A stretch of 64,000 nt of DNA. It comes from Thermoproteota archaeon. Its GTDB lineage: Archaea > Thermoproteota > Thermoprotei_A > Sulfolobales > Ignisphaeraceae. Shown one piece after another: positions 63,511 to 64,000 of this stretch (position 1 is its first letter; every line of letters starts with the position of its first letter). The notes under the pieces were generated by a model that had not been told where the DNA came from, did no database searches, and saw nothing but the letters and a program-made list of their open reading frames with translations. Position numbers and translations under genes: made by a program. The stretch spans positions 64,001 to 128,000 of the forward strand of contig JAUQPB010000004.1 of the NCBI GenBank assembly GCA_030550585.1. The letters are read 5' to 3'.

Positions 63511-64000
63511 CTGGTGTATACACTATGTGCATGCTGAAGGTAGCTGAAGCACCTCTTATGCTAGCGCCCTCCGGTATGTAGACCAAGAAGTCAATCTCCC
63601 AGGTGCCACCGTTACCGTTTAGTTGCCCAATCTGTATTGGGCTGTTGGTATTTTGAGCTGTCAGCTCAATAACCCTTATTACATTTCCTCCTTCTTGTGG
63701 CGTTCCAGGCTCTGGATACCCAGTTCCAAGGTCTCTTGAAGCACCTTTGTTGTAGACCACTAGATACACTTTAGAGCCTGAGGGCAGGGTATTTGCCACT
63801 TGGTCTAGAACAAGCCAAACGTTGTATGCCTTGTTATCGGTGTTCTTTATTATTGTGACGTTCTTGTAGTATGTTGTGTGGTATGTTGGGTGGATTGCTA
63901 TGGTGGCGCTTGTGCTGTTTTGTCCAACGCTAACAGAAATGGTGTTTCCTGATCCAAGGTCTAGCTGATTAGCATTGGTGCCGGCTGCAAAGGCTACTGG
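63491..64000 (-). CDS. Archaeal bundling pilin AbpA/TasA-like protein (partial, runs off window)
   Basis: Open frame from 64000: PVAFAAGTNANQLDLG...IHPTYHTTYYKNVTIIKNTDNKAY; adjacent to a SipW-like peptidase. Confidence 0.7.
   Translation of the reverse strand, partial: PVAFAAGTNANQLDLGSGNTISVSVGQNSTSATIAIHPTYHTTYYKNVTIIKNTDNKAYNVWLVLDQVANTLPSGSKVYLVVYNKGASRDLGTGYPEPGTPQEGGNVIRVIELTAQNTNSPIQIGQLNGNGGTWEIDFLVYIPEGASIRGASATFSMHIVYTPGGEMPP

Overview
Crenarchaeal chromosomal DNA (gene content, BRE/TATA promoters and a C/D-box sRNA fit a Desulfurococcales, Ignisphaera-like organism; taxonomy is inference). 1-15 kb and 20-26 kb are mostly ordinary metabolic genes: archaemetzincin, ferredoxin plus 2-oxoacid:ferredoxin oxidoreductase, FMN glutamate-synthase-like protein, GH20, TldD/PmbA, malic enzyme, ECF transporter, PhoU. 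The unusual parts are: (i) a 3.8-kb insertion (15389-19184) that splits a dolichol-kinase-family gene with no loss of sequence; it consists of an IS607-type tnpA/tnpB element plus about 2.1 kb of apparently captured flanking DNA; (ii) a three-gene block (isomerase, thioesterase, AGOG) present twice, 21,753 bp apart, with a 560-bp identical tract inside otherwise diverged copies, enclosing a patchwork segment with mid-gene junctions; (iii) a 41-47 kb island of membrane proteins sharing four copies of an unrecognised Cys-x4-Cys ~100-aa domain fused to different effector modules; (iv) a 16-bp quasi-palindrome pair with 19-bp period found both at an archaeal ATPase promoter and at an orphan site 32 kb away; (v) a decayed-gene tract at 53-60 kb; (vi) an archaeal bundling-pilus-like (AbpA/TasA plus SipW) locus at the right edge. 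No CRISPR array, tRNA or rRNA was seen. All calls come from reading motifs by eye; no database searches were run.
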